Part shown: one piece after another, positions 9,003-19,596 of the stretch
Position numbering within the stretch: position 1 is the first letter of the stretch
Layout of the letters: the number at the start of each line of letters is the position of its first letter
Sequence record: NC_028899.1
DNA: 64,000 nucleotides
Strand: one strand, 5' to 3'
Translations under genes and position numbers: made by a program
Notes under the pieces: model-generated
Database searches by the model: none
What the model saw: the letters and a program-made list of their open reading frames with translations, nothing else
Told to the model about the DNA's origin: nothing

Positions 9003-10319
9003 TTACTCCTTCGTTTCGTACTGGCGTGCCGACAGCTCAGCGTACTGCAGTGCCGAGCTCATGCCGCGGATCGAGTGCGAAGCGAACGAAGCCGCCGGCT
9101 CGTCCATCAGCTTGCGGAACATCGTTGCCGATGCCTTCGCCTTCTTGCCTGCGTCGCCCTTCGAATCGCCAGCTTCACGAGCCGCGCCCGACGCGAACTT
9201 TTCCAGCTTCGCGATGAACTTCGACTTGTTGTTGTTGATTTCGGTCAGGTTGCGCTTGTACTCGCTGACTTCGCCCGCGAACTTCTCGATCGCTTCCGCG
9301 AAGCCGCGGATTTCGTCGACGCCCAGGACCTTCAGGGTCTTGCCTTCTTCCTTCTTCTCGGAGAGGCTGACCGAGCCGGCCTTGATCTTGTTCGCAGCTT
9401 CTGCCGCAGCCTTCGCGTCGTCGCCGCCGCCAGCGCCCGGCACTGCCAGGTAGACGACCGTTTCGCCCGGGAAGCGCGAGGTCACGAAGACCTTGACGTC
9501 GCTTTCAGCCGTCACGCGCTTCATCGTGCCGCTGTCGGCCGGCTTGAGGCCGTATTCGCCCGGAGCCGGCATGATCGGCGTGACCGTCGACAGATCGGTC
9601 ATCTTGCCGAACGCGTCGGTGAACTTCTTCTGCGCTTCGAACAGCTTCTTGCCTTCGCCGGCGAGACCTTGCAGGTCCGAGATGCTGACCGGGTTGCCGT
9701 TGATGCGCACCGCGTTGTACAGGCTGTCGTTTTCGAGCGTCGACTCTTCGGCTTGGCCGCTGAGACGGGTCGTCGATTCCTTCAGCTTCTTCGCGCGGGC
9801 TTCGAGACGTTCGGCGGCGCCGAAGATCTTGTTGAAGAAGTTGCGCACCCACTCGATCGACTTCTTGATCGCATCGACGATCGATTGCCAGATCTTCTTG
9901 GCGGAGACTTCCAGCGCTTCGACCGTCGCACGGCCCAGCGCTGCGCGGTTCGAACGGGTCTTGAACGACTCGCTCGACGGGATGCCGAGTTGCTTGTACG
10001 TCACGCCGATGCGGGCGACCTTGAGCAGCGTTTCGACGGACGTTTCGATGATCTCGGCCGTGTTCTCGTCGATGCCTTCGCCTTCGTTCGCTTCCGCGAC
10101 TTGTTCGGCGATGGTTTCCAGGCCGTCGGCGGCGACAGCTGCCGCGTCGATCTGGTCGTTGCCCGTGTTGATCGCTGCTTCGTCGGCGTTGATTTCGCTG
10201 ACGGCCGATGCCAGGGTGTTGGTTTCGTCCGGAGCGATTGCGTCAGCGCCGGTCATGGTGTCTGCGGCGTCGAAGTTTTCGTTCGAGTGCAGGATGCCGC
10301 TTTGCGGAAGGAAAGACAT
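9003..10319 (-). CDS. Internal head protein, phiKZ gp93-97 paralog family (likely abundant)
   Basis: Acidic propeptide, SSE and ALE cleavage motifs, KKIWQSIVDAIKKSIEWVRNFFNKIFG helix; strongly biased codon usage. Confidence 0.75.
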   Translation of the reverse strand: MSFLPQSGILHSNENFDAADTMTGADAIAPDETNTLASAVSEINADEAAINTGNDQIDAAAVAADGLETIAEQVAEANEGEGIDENTAEIIETSVETLLKVARIGVTYKQLGIPSSESFKTRSNRAALGRATVEALEVSAKKIWQSIVDAIKKSIEWVRNFFNKIFGAAERLEARAKKLKESTTRLSGQAEESTLENDSLYNAVRINGNPVSISDLQGLAGEGKKLFEAQKKFTDAFGKMTDLSTVTPIMPAPGEYGLKPADSGTMKRVTAESDVKVFVTSRFPGETVVYLAVPGAGGGDDAKAAAEAANKIKAGSVSLSEKKEEGKTLKVLGVDEIRGFAEAIEKFAGEVSEYKRNLTEINNNKSKFIAKLEKFASGAAREAGDSKGDAGKKAKASATMFRKLMDEPAASFASHSIRGMSSALQYAELSARQYETKE

Positions 10320-10451
10320 GTGGATTACTCCATTGCAATGAAGGTTACTAAGAGGCCCTTAGTTTAAAACACCTACTCACGTAGGATCCTGAAAAACGTG
10401 CATTCTAAACTATATGCCTAAAACGCCACGCTTTAGTTTCTCACCAGACTA

Positions 10452-11036
10452 TTAAGAGCCGAAAAACACGCGCAGCGAGATGAGCATGTCGCTCAAACCG
10501 TCACGCTGACCGAGCCAGGTGCGCAAGAAGTCCCGGATCAACACGGGGTCATTGCGGTAACCATTGACCAGATATTCGCGCGTTGCGACGCCAATCGTCC
10601 AGGCGTTATGTTTGCCGATGTCCAAGGTATCCAGGAAGATCATGGGATGATACTTCCGAAAACCCGTATACACGTAGCAGACCGTCTCGTCGACGAAACG
10701 ATTTTGCATCGTGTCAAAATATGGGTTTTGTTTTTGTTTTTCGATCCATTCGTTGATGGTCAAGGTACCGAAAGCACGCAGAGCTGCCACATACAGGCGT
10801 TCGCGGAAAGCGAAGTCCTGCTTGAGCACACTTTCGTGCTTCAGGGTCTCTTTGTAGAGCTCCTCAATCGCCTGATTCGGAGTGAGGTCGTTATCCTCCG
10901 ACTCCAAGGTAATCCGGCGAGTTGCGGTACCTATAAGATCCACCTGAATGGGTTTGTTGACCTGTGCCTTACGGTACTCGATGGGCGCACCGAGAAAGCC
11001 GTTCGGATAGAGCTTCAACCCACCGAAGATTTTCAT
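10452..11036 (-). CDS. Conserved chimallivirus protein, phiKZ gp91-like
   Basis: Synteny; 1-nt overlap with the upstream stop. Confidence 0.5.
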   Translation of the reverse strand: MKIFGGLKLYPNGFLGAPIEYRKAQVNKPIQVDLIGTATRRITLESEDNDLTPNQAIEELYKETLKHESVLKQDFAFRERLYVAALRAFGTLTINEWIEKQKQNPYFDTMQNRFVDETVCYVYTGFRKYHPMIFLDTLDIGKHNAWTIGVATREYLVNGYRNDPVLIRDFLRTWLGQRDGLSDMLISLRVFFGS

Positions 11037-11926
11037 TACTGCATCTCCTCTTCGGCCTTGTTGATTTTGTAAATCAGTCCTTCCGACTTGTCGCGCAGGA
11101 TTTTGATCTCCTTCTCGATCTGCGGATTGGACTTGCCTTGTTTTGCTTCTTCCAGCAGCAGGATGCGTTGCTGGATGCGCCGGAGGTCTTCTTGCGCTTC
11201 CTTATAACGCCATGCCTGGAATTCAGCGATCCACTTGCCGATGTGGAAGAACGGGTTCAGGCTGACCGGGATGAAGCCCATCTTGAACGGGTCCATTTTC
11301 AGTCGGCCAAACAGCGCGTTGTTGTCGTCGCTGTCCGGATCCACCTTGACATTCGGGATGTCGTCGAACTTCTGCTTGAAGTGATCGTCCGACAGTGCTT
11401 CAAGGGTTTCCAGGAAGAACGGGAACCGATCCTCGACCCAGGCAGCTTCGCCCTTCGTGAGGTTATCCTTCTGGTAATCCTCGTACATGCCGACCGCTTC
11501 CGTTTCGTACACCGTAACTGCTTCGATGAACTTGCGGATGAAACGGTTCATGAACGCAGCATTGTCCACCAGCTGCATCATGACTGCCGAGCGATGATCG
11601 ATCGACATTTGCGAAACCGTTTCGGGCATCGACTTGCGAATTTCCTGGCCGAGGATGTCCAGGTTCTTCTGCACCTTGTGGAGGCGATCACGCAGGTCTT
11701 CGATGACGCTCGCGTTGCGACCCAGACGGAACGCTTGGCGATAACGCTCTTCGTAACCGATGACCACTTCCGACTTCGGCTTGATCGTTTTGAATGCCGC
11801 AGCAGCGGTGCCGACGATCGGTACGACCTTGGTGCTCAGATCTTGCTGGACCACGTCCAGCGAGGAGAGTACCTCGTCCTTACCCGTCACACCCTTGAGC
11901 GACTTGACGTATGCGTTGATATTCAT
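11036..11926 (-). CDS. Head/inner-body protein, phiKZ gp90-like
   Basis: 296 aa; synteny; C-terminal coiled coil (NPFFHIGKWIAEFQAWRYKEAQE). Confidence 0.65.
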   Translation of the reverse strand: MNINAYVKSLKGVTGKDEVLSSLDVVQQDLSTKVVPIVGTAAAAFKTIKPKSEVVIGYEERYRQAFRLGRNASVIEDLRDRLHKVQKNLDILGQEIRKSMPETVSQMSIDHRSAVMMQLVDNAAFMNRFIRKFIEAVTVYETEAVGMYEDYQKDNLTKGEAAWVEDRFPFFLETLEALSDDHFKQKFDDIPNVKVDPDSDDNNALFGRLKMDPFKMGFIPVSLNPFFHIGKWIAEFQAWRYKEAQEDLRRIQQRILLLEEAKQGKSNPQIEKEIKILRDKSEGLIYKINKAEEEMQ

Positions 11927-11942
11927 GTTGGCGGCCTTGCTG

Positions 11943-13037
11943 TTAGAAGCTCGGGGCGTTGCCGAGCTGGTAAGCTTTCAGAATATCGGTGATCGAGGCA
12001 CCTTCCTTCTGGTTGGACGCCTTGCACTCGCGGATCGACAGATCCGACACCGACGGGATGCCGGTCGTGTAGAACTGCACACGGTCGTATTCCGTATCCA
12101 TCACCGCCACGATGAACAGACCCGTTTCGTCGAACAGGCGCTGGCGTGCCTTGAAGTTGCTGAACTTGTCGTTCATCAGCAATTCGACCTTCTTGATGGT
12201 TTCCGCGCTGGTCACCACCAGGTTGGTCGCATTTGCCACCGACGGGTTCAGGCTCAGGAAGCCGGCGAACTTGTTGCTGCGACGCTGGTTCGTCAGAGCG
12301 GTATAGAGACCGTTCTTGTCGTCCATCAGACGCTTCTTGTGTTCCTTCACCAGATCGCGTGCCGTGAGCAGGTCGATCAGGTTGATCTGACCCGACTGGT
12401 ACTTGATCCAGCGCGAACCGGCGCTGTTGTCGGCATGACCCGTCGCCAGGAACTCGGCGAGCAGGCCCGGCACCATGGTGTTCGCGTTCAGGCGAATCAT
12501 GATCGGCAGAGTCTGCTTGTTGGCGCCGCTGGAGATCTGGACTTCGAGCAGCTTGCCCACCGACAGATTCGAAGCTTCCTTGATCACTTCAGTCGAACGC
12601 GCCGCGAGGCCGCCCGGTTCCATGATGTCGTTTTCTTCGACGCTGCGCGCTTCGTTCGACGGGTTGCCGAAACGCGGCAGGCGGTGTTTGAAGCCCTCGT
12701 TGGAGATGCTCCAGATCGCGCCGGCGGTATCGACCACGCTGTCTTTGACGGAACGGTTGGGGTTGAGTTTGTCCAGATGGCGAGCCACTGCGACATTGTC
12801 GATGCTGACCGTGAGCATGTTCCAGGCCAGCAGATAGTATGCCGAAAAAGCCGAATGCAGTGACTGGGTCACTGTGCTCGTATTTTCGTTGAAAAGCACA
12901 CTGGAGTCGACGATGAGGTTGGGTTCCACACGGGACGGGCGGGTGTAGTCGACGTACGAATCGGCTACGCCGGAACGCCACGCGTCAACTACCTTGCCGA
13001 CGGTAACGAGGCCGGCTTCTCCGAACTTTTCAAGCAT
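11943..13037 (-). CDS. Head/inner-body protein, phiKZ gp89-like
   Basis: 364 aa; synteny; SYVDYTRPSRVEPNLIVD segment; divergent from the next gene. Confidence 0.65.
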   Translation of the reverse strand: MLEKFGEAGLVTVGKVVDAWRSGVADSYVDYTRPSRVEPNLIVDSSVLFNENTSTVTQSLHSAFSAYYLLAWNMLTVSIDNVAVARHLDKLNPNRSVKDSVVDTAGAIWSISNEGFKHRLPRFGNPSNEARSVEENDIMEPGGLAARSTEVIKEASNLSVGKLLEVQISSGANKQTLPIMIRLNANTMVPGLLAEFLATGHADNSAGSRWIKYQSGQINLIDLLTARDLVKEHKKRLMDDKNGLYTALTNQRRSNKFAGFLSLNPSVANATNLVVTSAETIKKVELLMNDKFSNFKARQRLFDETGLFIVAVMDTEYDRVQFYTTGIPSVSDLSIRECKASNQKEGASITDILKAYQLGNAPSF

Positions 13038-13070
13038 GATTTCATTCCTCGGGATAACAGGACTTTTAAA

Positions 13071-14381
13071 GTGGATAACAGATTAGATCTAACGATTGAC
13101 CAGATCTATCAACTCGGCAAAAATGGTTCTGAGGACCTTGCAGCCGGGCTGGAGCGCATTTACAACGCGACTCCGCTCGGACCGCTGCCGAGTAACATGG
13201 TCAACACGATTTACGGTATCAACCACCGACAGACTCAGCTGGCTTTGCCTTTCAACCGCGACAATTATGGTTTGACATTTTTTACGCGGCCAAGGATGAA
13301 CCTGACCACTAACAACATGCGTTTTGTTAGGCAAATGTATCCGTTGTTGAACACGGAGCCAAGGTCTATTCAGCGGATTATTCGCTGCTTGCTGGATCCC
13401 TCACTGGCATATCCAGACACGCAGTATACCAACATCCAACCTGTCAAGTCGCCCTACGTGGACGACCTGAATATGTTTATTCCTCTGCTGTCAAATCTTT
13501 GCCTGACAGTTTCCGGCTGGCCTGATTTCGTCGTCGATACTCATACGACGCCCGAGGGTCATTACCGGGAATCGCACAGCATGATCGACAGCAGTGTTGA
13601 AGTGAAAAACACATACGAATTGTCGGTGTCCTTTCGGAACATACCGAATAATCCGGTCACATTATTGTTTTATTTCTGGATCTTCTACGCATCGAAGGTC
13701 TTCGAAGGTGAAATGATTCCGTATGGCTCCTCGCTGTACGAAAATGAGATCGATTACAACACCCGGATCTACCGACTGGTACTTGATCCGACCAAACGAT
13801 ACGTGCAACATATCCTGTCGACGGGTGCTTCGTTCCCGCTGAACGCTCCTGTTGGTGCGCTTGGCAACTTCGATCACGAGCAGCCCTTCAATGAATCAGG
13901 GGATAACGTCAACATCCGTTTCCAATGTATCGGGATGGATTACAACGATCCGATTCAGATCCAGGAATTTAACACTGCCGTCTCGATCATGAATCCTGGC
14001 ATGGATGACGCATTCCGTGACCAGTATTACATCAAGATTCCTTACCAGATCCTTTCGTTCTTCAACATGCGTGGTTATCCGCGCATCGAGAAGAGCACGA
14101 TGGAACTGGAATGGTACGTGTCCTATGCGATGTTCCAGTCGTATGCCAGCCAGCTGGCTGACTTTGCGAATATCCAGGGTATGCGCAACCAGACGTTCTT
14201 GCAATATATTTCCGCCTCTAGTGTCAATGATTATAAGAAAGCGTTGAGTGACATGGATAGCTCCGTGCCTAACGCTACCTATAACGGCGGGCTGGTCAAA
14301 CGAGCCGTCAATGGCGAATTTAGCCAGGATGAACTCGACCAGATTTCTCAAGCATACTTCGCTTCCAATGGAGCCAATTAA
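13071..14381 (+). CDS. Virion structural protein, phiKZ gp88-like (tail/baseplate candidate)
   Basis: 436 aa, GTG start; synteny; GLTFFTRPRMNL segment. Confidence 0.65.
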   Translation: MDNRLDLTIDQIYQLGKNGSEDLAAGLERIYNATPLGPLPSNMVNTIYGINHRQTQLALPFNRDNYGLTFFTRPRMNLTTNNMRFVRQMYPLLNTEPRSIQRIIRCLLDPSLAYPDTQYTNIQPVKSPYVDDLNMFIPLLSNLCLTVSGWPDFVVDTHTTPEGHYRESHSMIDSSVEVKNTYELSVSFRNIPNNPVTLLFYFWIFYASKVFEGEMIPYGSSLYENEIDYNTRIYRLVLDPTKRYVQHILSTGASFPLNAPVGALGNFDHEQPFNESGDNVNIRFQCIGMDYNDPIQIQEFNTAVSIMNPGMDDAFRDQYYIKIPYQILSFFNMRGYPRIEKSTMELEWYVSYAMFQSYASQLADFANIQGMRNQTFLQYISASSVNDYKKALSDMDSSVPNATYNGGLVKRAVNGEFSQDELDQISQAYFASNGAN

Positions 14382-17299
14382 TGGGCACGATTCGTGACTT
14401 CATGAACGACGCGCTAGCCGCGTCGTATGACCCTAGCGGTCAGTACCGGGCTTCGATGCGAACACTCACAGCGATCATGAACGGGGAGGTGGATGACATC
14501 TCCCCTGCCAACCCTGTCGTGTACGCGCTCGAAACTCAAGGCGCCCTGATTGCAGCGTTCACCGAGAACATGCAATCGGAAACGCGGCGTCTGTTGCAAG
14601 TGGCGGCGCTGACTCCTCAGGACCTCTACCCGCACATGGCAGATGTCCACTTCACCAACATCTTCAACCTGCCGGCGAAGACGACTTTCACTCTGATTCT
14701 GGATAAGAAGGAAATCCTGAATTCGATGAAACCGATTGCCGGCACGATGTCGAGTAAGGTGACGATTCCTCGCGACACGTACTTCACCATCTCGGACTAC
14801 GTCTTCGGTATTCACTATCCGATCGACATCATCCAACAGGTGCATGGCGGCATTCGCGTGGCGTACGACACGAGCCAGACCACACCGCTGCAAGCACTCA
14901 CGACGAACATCCTGAAGACCCGGGAAGTCATGCGTGACGGCGTGACGTATCTGGCCATCGACATCGATGTGTTCCAGTTCGTCATTGCGAGCAGCACGCC
15001 GACAGTGACGCAGGGCACGACGTTCAGCAAGAACATCGCAATCACGGATCTGTACTACGCCACGCGTGTCTATCGCACGCTTTCGGACGGTACGCAACAA
15101 GAGATCCCCGTCACGTACAGCGAGAAGATCTACGATCCGCTCAATCCGTGTGCCGTGGTGAAGCTGCTCGATGGCGTGGTGAACGTATCCATCCCGCAGA
15201 TCTACATCAACAACCAGCAGGTGTTGGGCGAACTGCGCATCGACATCTACACGACGAAGGGTCCGTTGCAAACGGATTTCAGCAGCTACTCGATTGGCTC
15301 GATCGGCTATCGCTTCCGCGACCTCAACAAGAACGCGGATACGACGTATACGGCTCCGATGCAGCAGCTGGATACCTGCACCGTGCTGGGCGAGCAACCG
15401 GTCTCTGGTGGCGTTCTGGCGATGACGTTCGACGAACTGCGCACAGCTGTGATTTCTGACGCGATTGGCGATCCGACTCTGCCGATCACGCCTGCGCAGA
15501 TCCAGAACTACATCACGCGCTTGGGCTACGACGTCATCAAGAACATCGATATCGTGACTGACCGGGTGTTCCTGGGTTCGAGGAACATGCCTGATCCGAC
15601 GGATCCGTCTTTGCTGACGGCCGCGAATGCATCCATCGAAACGATGAATGCTTCGTTCACCGATCTAATCGGCAATTCGGCTGTGGTCGACAACACCTCG
15701 GATTCGAATTCGGTCACCCTCACGCCGTCGGCGATCTACCAGTTGGTGGATGGCACGCTCAAACTGGTGGATGATAGCACGCTGACTGCGATCAAGCAGA
15801 TGCGTAGCGATCTGAAGGCTACCTACATCACGAACGGGAACTTCCTCTATTCGCCGTTTTACTACGTGCTGGATAAGAGCAACAACCAGTTCCGTCTGGC
15901 ACCTTACTACCTGGATAACCCCCAGGTTCTGTCTCAGACATTCCTTCAGGACAATGAAGGCACGCTGCTGCAGGTCAATACCAACGGTTACGACTTGCTA
16001 AAGACGGCAACGGGTTTCCAACTGAAACTCACGGTCAAATCCAACGACGACTACAAGGCCCTTCAGGACCAAGACGTCCAGTGTATTCTGGGCTTCAAGT
16101 CGCCGACTGAAGAAGATCCTTGCTGGTTGGTCGGTACGCTCTTTGGCACCGATCCTCAGAGCAAGGAGCGGATCTTTACGTTCGATCTGAACACCCAGTT
16201 TGCCATGGATGTGAACGATCGGATCGATTTCCGCAACTTCAAGATGTACGACACCACGAACAAGACGATCTATGCGGATCTCACGCAGGACTTCACTGTT
16301 ATCTATGCGACGCAATCGCAAATGGGTAACTTGTTCGTACCGGGTATGATCGACGCATTGCTGCCGCGTTATCTGGTCGGTGCTAACAGCAAGGCGATCT
16401 GTGAAGAACGTCTGACGCTGAAGTTCGGTGACGCATTGTCGAACCTCTGGGCTCGTGCGCGTTCGGTCGCATCGACGGTCGAATACGAAACGTATCCGAC
16501 CGATCAGATCCTGCGCTATTCGTCCGATCAGTGGAAGACCGATCCTGCAACCGGCAACCAGATCTTCATGGTCGATGGTAAACCCACTCGCGTTTTGCTT
16601 CATGCGAAAGGGGATCCGATCCTGGACGACAATGGTAATCAACAGATCCAGTTCCCGGCGGGCTCGGTGGTCTATGACTACACGCAGAATCCTCCGGTGC
16701 CGGTCGTCAAGAACGTGCGTTATCTGAAACACCGCTTCGAGCTGTTCCTGATCGAAGGCGTGTACGCTTTCAGCAATGACGACATTGCCGTAGCCTATCG
16801 CAACACGGTGGCCCAGCAAGTGGCTTCGTGGGTGACGACGGACATGGTGAGCGTTCAGAAGGCTTCGATGGACAAGTCCCGTGTCTATTTCTATCCGAAG
16901 ACCATCTTCGGTACGATCGAAGTCATGGTGGCTGATGGCATCGTCCAGCAGATCTCGGCGGGTCAACGTTTCGACGTGGCTCTGACGGTGTCCAAGGAAG
17001 TCTATCAAAACGAAGTGCTGAAGGCACAGCTGGTGACGCAGACGACGACGACTATCGCCGCTTATCTGACGAACCAGACTCTGGCCAACAGCGACATTGT
17101 CGAAAATCTACGCGTTGCGTATGGTGACGACGTCCTGGATGCTCAAGTATCGCTCTTTGGTGATGCTGCAAACATCCCTGTGATGCAGTTGGTCAACGAA
17201 GTACATCGTTGCGGTATTCGTAAACGCCTGGTTTCTCGTGATGACGATAAGCTGGTCGTGGAAGAAGACATCAACGTGACCTTCAGTGTCATTTCGTAA
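14381..17299 (+). CDS. Large virion structural protein, phiKZ gp87-like (baseplate wedge candidate)
   Basis: 972 aa; coupled to the previous gene (TAATG); synteny. Confidence 0.65.
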   Translation: MGTIRDFMNDALAASYDPSGQYRASMRTLTAIMNGEVDDISPANPVVYALETQGALIAAFTENMQSETRRLLQVAALTPQDLYPHMADVHFTNIFNLPAKTTFTLILDKKEILNSMKPIAGTMSSKVTIPRDTYFTISDYVFGIHYPIDIIQQVHGGIRVAYDTSQTTPLQALTTNILKTREVMRDGVTYLAIDIDVFQFVIASSTPTVTQGTTFSKNIAITDLYYATRVYRTLSDGTQQEIPVTYSEKIYDPLNPCAVVKLLDGVVNVSIPQIYINNQQVLGELRIDIYTTKGPLQTDFSSYSIGSIGYRFRDLNKNADTTYTAPMQQLDTCTVLGEQPVSGGVLAMTFDELRTAVISDAIGDPTLPITPAQIQNYITRLGYDVIKNIDIVTDRVFLGSRNMPDPTDPSLLTAANASIETMNASFTDLIGNSAVVDNTSDSNSVTLTPSAIYQLVDGTLKLVDDSTLTAIKQMRSDLKATYITNGNFLYSPFYYVLDKSNNQFRLAPYYLDNPQVLSQTFLQDNEGTLLQVNTNGYDLLKTATGFQLKLTVKSNDDYKALQDQDVQCILGFKSPTEEDPCWLVGTLFGTDPQSKERIFTFDLNTQFAMDVNDRIDFRNFKMYDTTNKTIYADLTQDFTVIYATQSQMGNLFVPGMIDALLPRYLVGANSKAICEERLTLKFGDALSNLWARARSVASTVEYETYPTDQILRYSSDQWKTDPATGNQIFMVDGKPTRVLLHAKGDPILDDNGNQQIQFPAGSVVYDYTQNPPVPVVKNVRYLKHRFELFLIEGVYAFSNDDIAVAYRNTVAQQVASWVTTDMVSVQKASMDKSRVYFYPKTIFGTIEVMVADGIVQQISAGQRFDVALTVSKEVYQNEVLKAQLVTQTTTTIAAYLTNQTLANSDIVENLRVAYGDDVLDAQVSLFGDAANIPVMQLVNEVHRCGIRKRLVSRDDDKLVVEEDINVTFSVIS

Positions 17300-17315
17300 C
17301 AAAAAAAAGATGAAC

Positions 17316-17349
17316 CATACACACCTGGGCTTGCGCCCAGGTGTGTATG
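17316..17349. terminator. Bidirectional hairpin between convergent genes
   Basis: CATACACACCTGGGC-TTGC-GCCCAGGTGTGTATG, 15-bp perfect stem, with an A8 run upstream. Confidence 0.85.
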
Positions 17350-17360
17350 TGCTCTTTCGT

Positions 17361-19091
17361 TTACAGACCAGTGATCTTGCGCAGATCAGCAGCAGATGCA
17401 GCCGAGATTTCCATCGAGCCGTGCTCGTCGTCTTCGCCATCGGTCGTGAACGACACACGAACGCGATCAGCACTCACCCATTGCGAAGGCAGCAGGTGTG
17501 GACGCACGATGTTCTCATCCATCTCCTTGGTCGTCTCGACCAGTTCTTCAGCCAATTCTTCCAGCGAAGGAGGAATCATTTCACCGAACTTGTTGTAGAA
17601 ATGAATGATCTCGCCGGCGTTCTTGCGCAGCGTATCGACGATCTGGTAACCGTGCTTGCTGACTTCCGCATAGACGCGGGAGATTTCAGCATAGACGCGC
17701 ATCAGGCCCACGAAGTTGGTCGACAGAGCACGGTGGATACGCATGATCTGCTGAGCACGCTTATCCTCGTCCTTGCTTCCTTCGTACTTCGTCGTCTTCG
17801 ACAGATGATTGGCCAACGATTCGAGTTTCTTCAGCGTGGGCTCGCCCTTCTGGAGCAATTCGATAAACGTGATGAGGCGCACGAAACGCACTTCACGCAT
17901 ACGACGCACGCCCAGGTGGTAGCCCACGAGCAGTTCTTCGAGATCGTTGTAGTTCGGTTCTTGCGAACCGTACTCGGCGATGTCGTCCTTCAGTTGCTGG
18001 GCCCAGTGAGGGATCGTATCGAACGTGTACCCGCCAAACTTCAGCGTGTTCTTGTCCAACACCATTTCTTCCAGGACCTTGAGCGAGCTGCTGAACTTCA
18101 TGGCTTCAGAGGTGTTCTCGCTGTTGCCACGATCGTCCGTGTGCTCGAACATATCTTCGAGCAGTTGCAGTTGTTGCGTCACGAGAGACGCTGCTTCAGC
18201 AAAGCCGTCGAACGAAGCCATCACCAGATCCACAGCCTTGTTACGCAGGCCGTAAATCAAGCGGGCGTACTTGCTGGGATTGCGCATGTAGCGATAAGCT
18301 TCTTCGCCACCTTCCATCGTCGTGAGGATCTCGGCCAGATTCACCGAGATGTGGTGCTTGCGCGACGGTACCGGATCGATGCCCTTGATGAGATCATCGG
18401 TGTTTGCGATGAGATCGTTCTTGAGCGCCTGAGGAATACGAGAGTTCTCGATTTCCTTGTGGTCGAGTACCGCCGGCACTTCCATCTCGATGTGCTGGGT
18501 CTTCGCTCCCTGGACCGCCTTGATCGTTTTCTCGACCGCGTGATCCTGGTTCTCCAGCTTCTTCTCGGATTCCTTGATGCCTTCCTTCGCCTTGTTCAGA
18601 TCACCAGAGCCACCGCTTTCCGATTCGCCACCGAAGAGCCAGTTGATGAACTTATAGATCAGAGCGACGAGGAACGCGATCGCTGCTGCAATCACGACCC
18701 ACATCTTGGCGGAGATCGATTCCAGGCTCGGCTTGTAGCCCACGCCGGACACGTCTTCCGTGAAACCGTTGGGCTTCACGAACGATTCCATGTCCGGAAC
18801 AAGCTCGATCAGTTCATAAGCCATACCACGACTCATGCCCTTGGCTTGTTTCATGCGACCGTAAAAGTCGCACAAACGGTTGACGTAAGCTTCGGTGGAG
18901 ACGATGAGATCGATGTCGTCTTTCATCTCCGGGAACTCGTTGGCAAGCTCCGGTTGCTTGAAGATGTCGACGTTCGGAATCTCGAACCCGCTGTTGGGAC
19001 CGCCGTTCGCAGCCGACTGCATGGCTTGTTTACGGATGTCCTCGTTATCGTTGAACTTGTCCCAGGTGAAAATGGAATCGCCTCGCATCAT
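17361..19091 (-). CDS. Processed head (ejection-type) protein, phiKZ gp86-like
   Basis: SLE cleavage motif followed by hydrophobic MWVVIAAAIAFLVALIYKFINWLFG; synteny. Confidence 0.6.
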   Translation of the reverse strand: MMRGDSIFTWDKFNDNEDIRKQAMQSAANGGPNSGFEIPNVDIFKQPELANEFPEMKDDIDLIVSTEAYVNRLCDFYGRMKQAKGMSRGMAYELIELVPDMESFVKPNGFTEDVSGVGYKPSLESISAKMWVVIAAAIAFLVALIYKFINWLFGGESESGGSGDLNKAKEGIKESEKKLENQDHAVEKTIKAVQGAKTQHIEMEVPAVLDHKEIENSRIPQALKNDLIANTDDLIKGIDPVPSRKHHISVNLAEILTTMEGGEEAYRYMRNPSKYARLIYGLRNKAVDLVMASFDGFAEAASLVTQQLQLLEDMFEHTDDRGNSENTSEAMKFSSSLKVLEEMVLDKNTLKFGGYTFDTIPHWAQQLKDDIAEYGSQEPNYNDLEELLVGYHLGVRRMREVRFVRLITFIELLQKGEPTLKKLESLANHLSKTTKYEGSKDEDKRAQQIMRIHRALSTNFVGLMRVYAEISRVYAEVSKHGYQIVDTLRKNAGEIIHFYNKFGEMIPPSLEELAEELVETTKEMDENIVRPHLLPSQWVSADRVRVSFTTDGEDDEHGSMEISAASAADLRKITGL

Positions 19092-19102
19092 GGCGGTTCA
19101 CC

Positions 19103-19579
19103 TTAGGAAATCGAGATCTTGCCGGTCTCGCGCAGCTTCGAGATCAGCAGGTTGGCCAGTTGCAACACGCGGCCAGCCGACAGACCCGTTTCCTTGATCG
19201 CTTCCCAGACTTCGACCGACATGATCGGAGCCAGGCCCATGGCGGTTGCCATGAAGTCGAATTCCGGATTGGCGTTGTAGTCGCACGCGTCACCGTTCAG
19301 GATGCGGCTGCGCAGCAAGAACATCATCTTGGCTGCATCGCACGCTGCCATCACGTCGATGAGGAGTTCTTCGTTCAGGAACGAGACCGTACGAGCCACG
19401 TTGCCCGCGTGTGCATCTGCGAACACCGTCATCGGGTTCAGTTCGTTACCGATCTTCGGCACGAGATGATTGCCGATCGCCATGCCGACGATAACCGGCA
19501 GGATCAAACGACGTTTCACGGTGTCGGGCAGCATGAGGCTGACCTTGCCCGCAAATGCTTGAATTTCGAGATTCTGCAT
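19103..19579 (-). CDS. Virion protein, phiKZ gp85-like
   Basis: 158 aa; synteny. Confidence 0.5.
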   Translation of the reverse strand: MQNLEIQAFAGKVSLMLPDTVKRRLILPVIVGMAIGNHLVPKIGNELNPMTVFADAHAGNVARTVSFLNEELLIDVMAACDAAKMMFLLRSRILNGDACDYNANPEFDFMATAMGLAPIMSVEVWEAIKETGLSAGRVLQLANLLISKLRETGKISIS

Positions 19580-19596
19580 GATGGATGACCTGTTGT

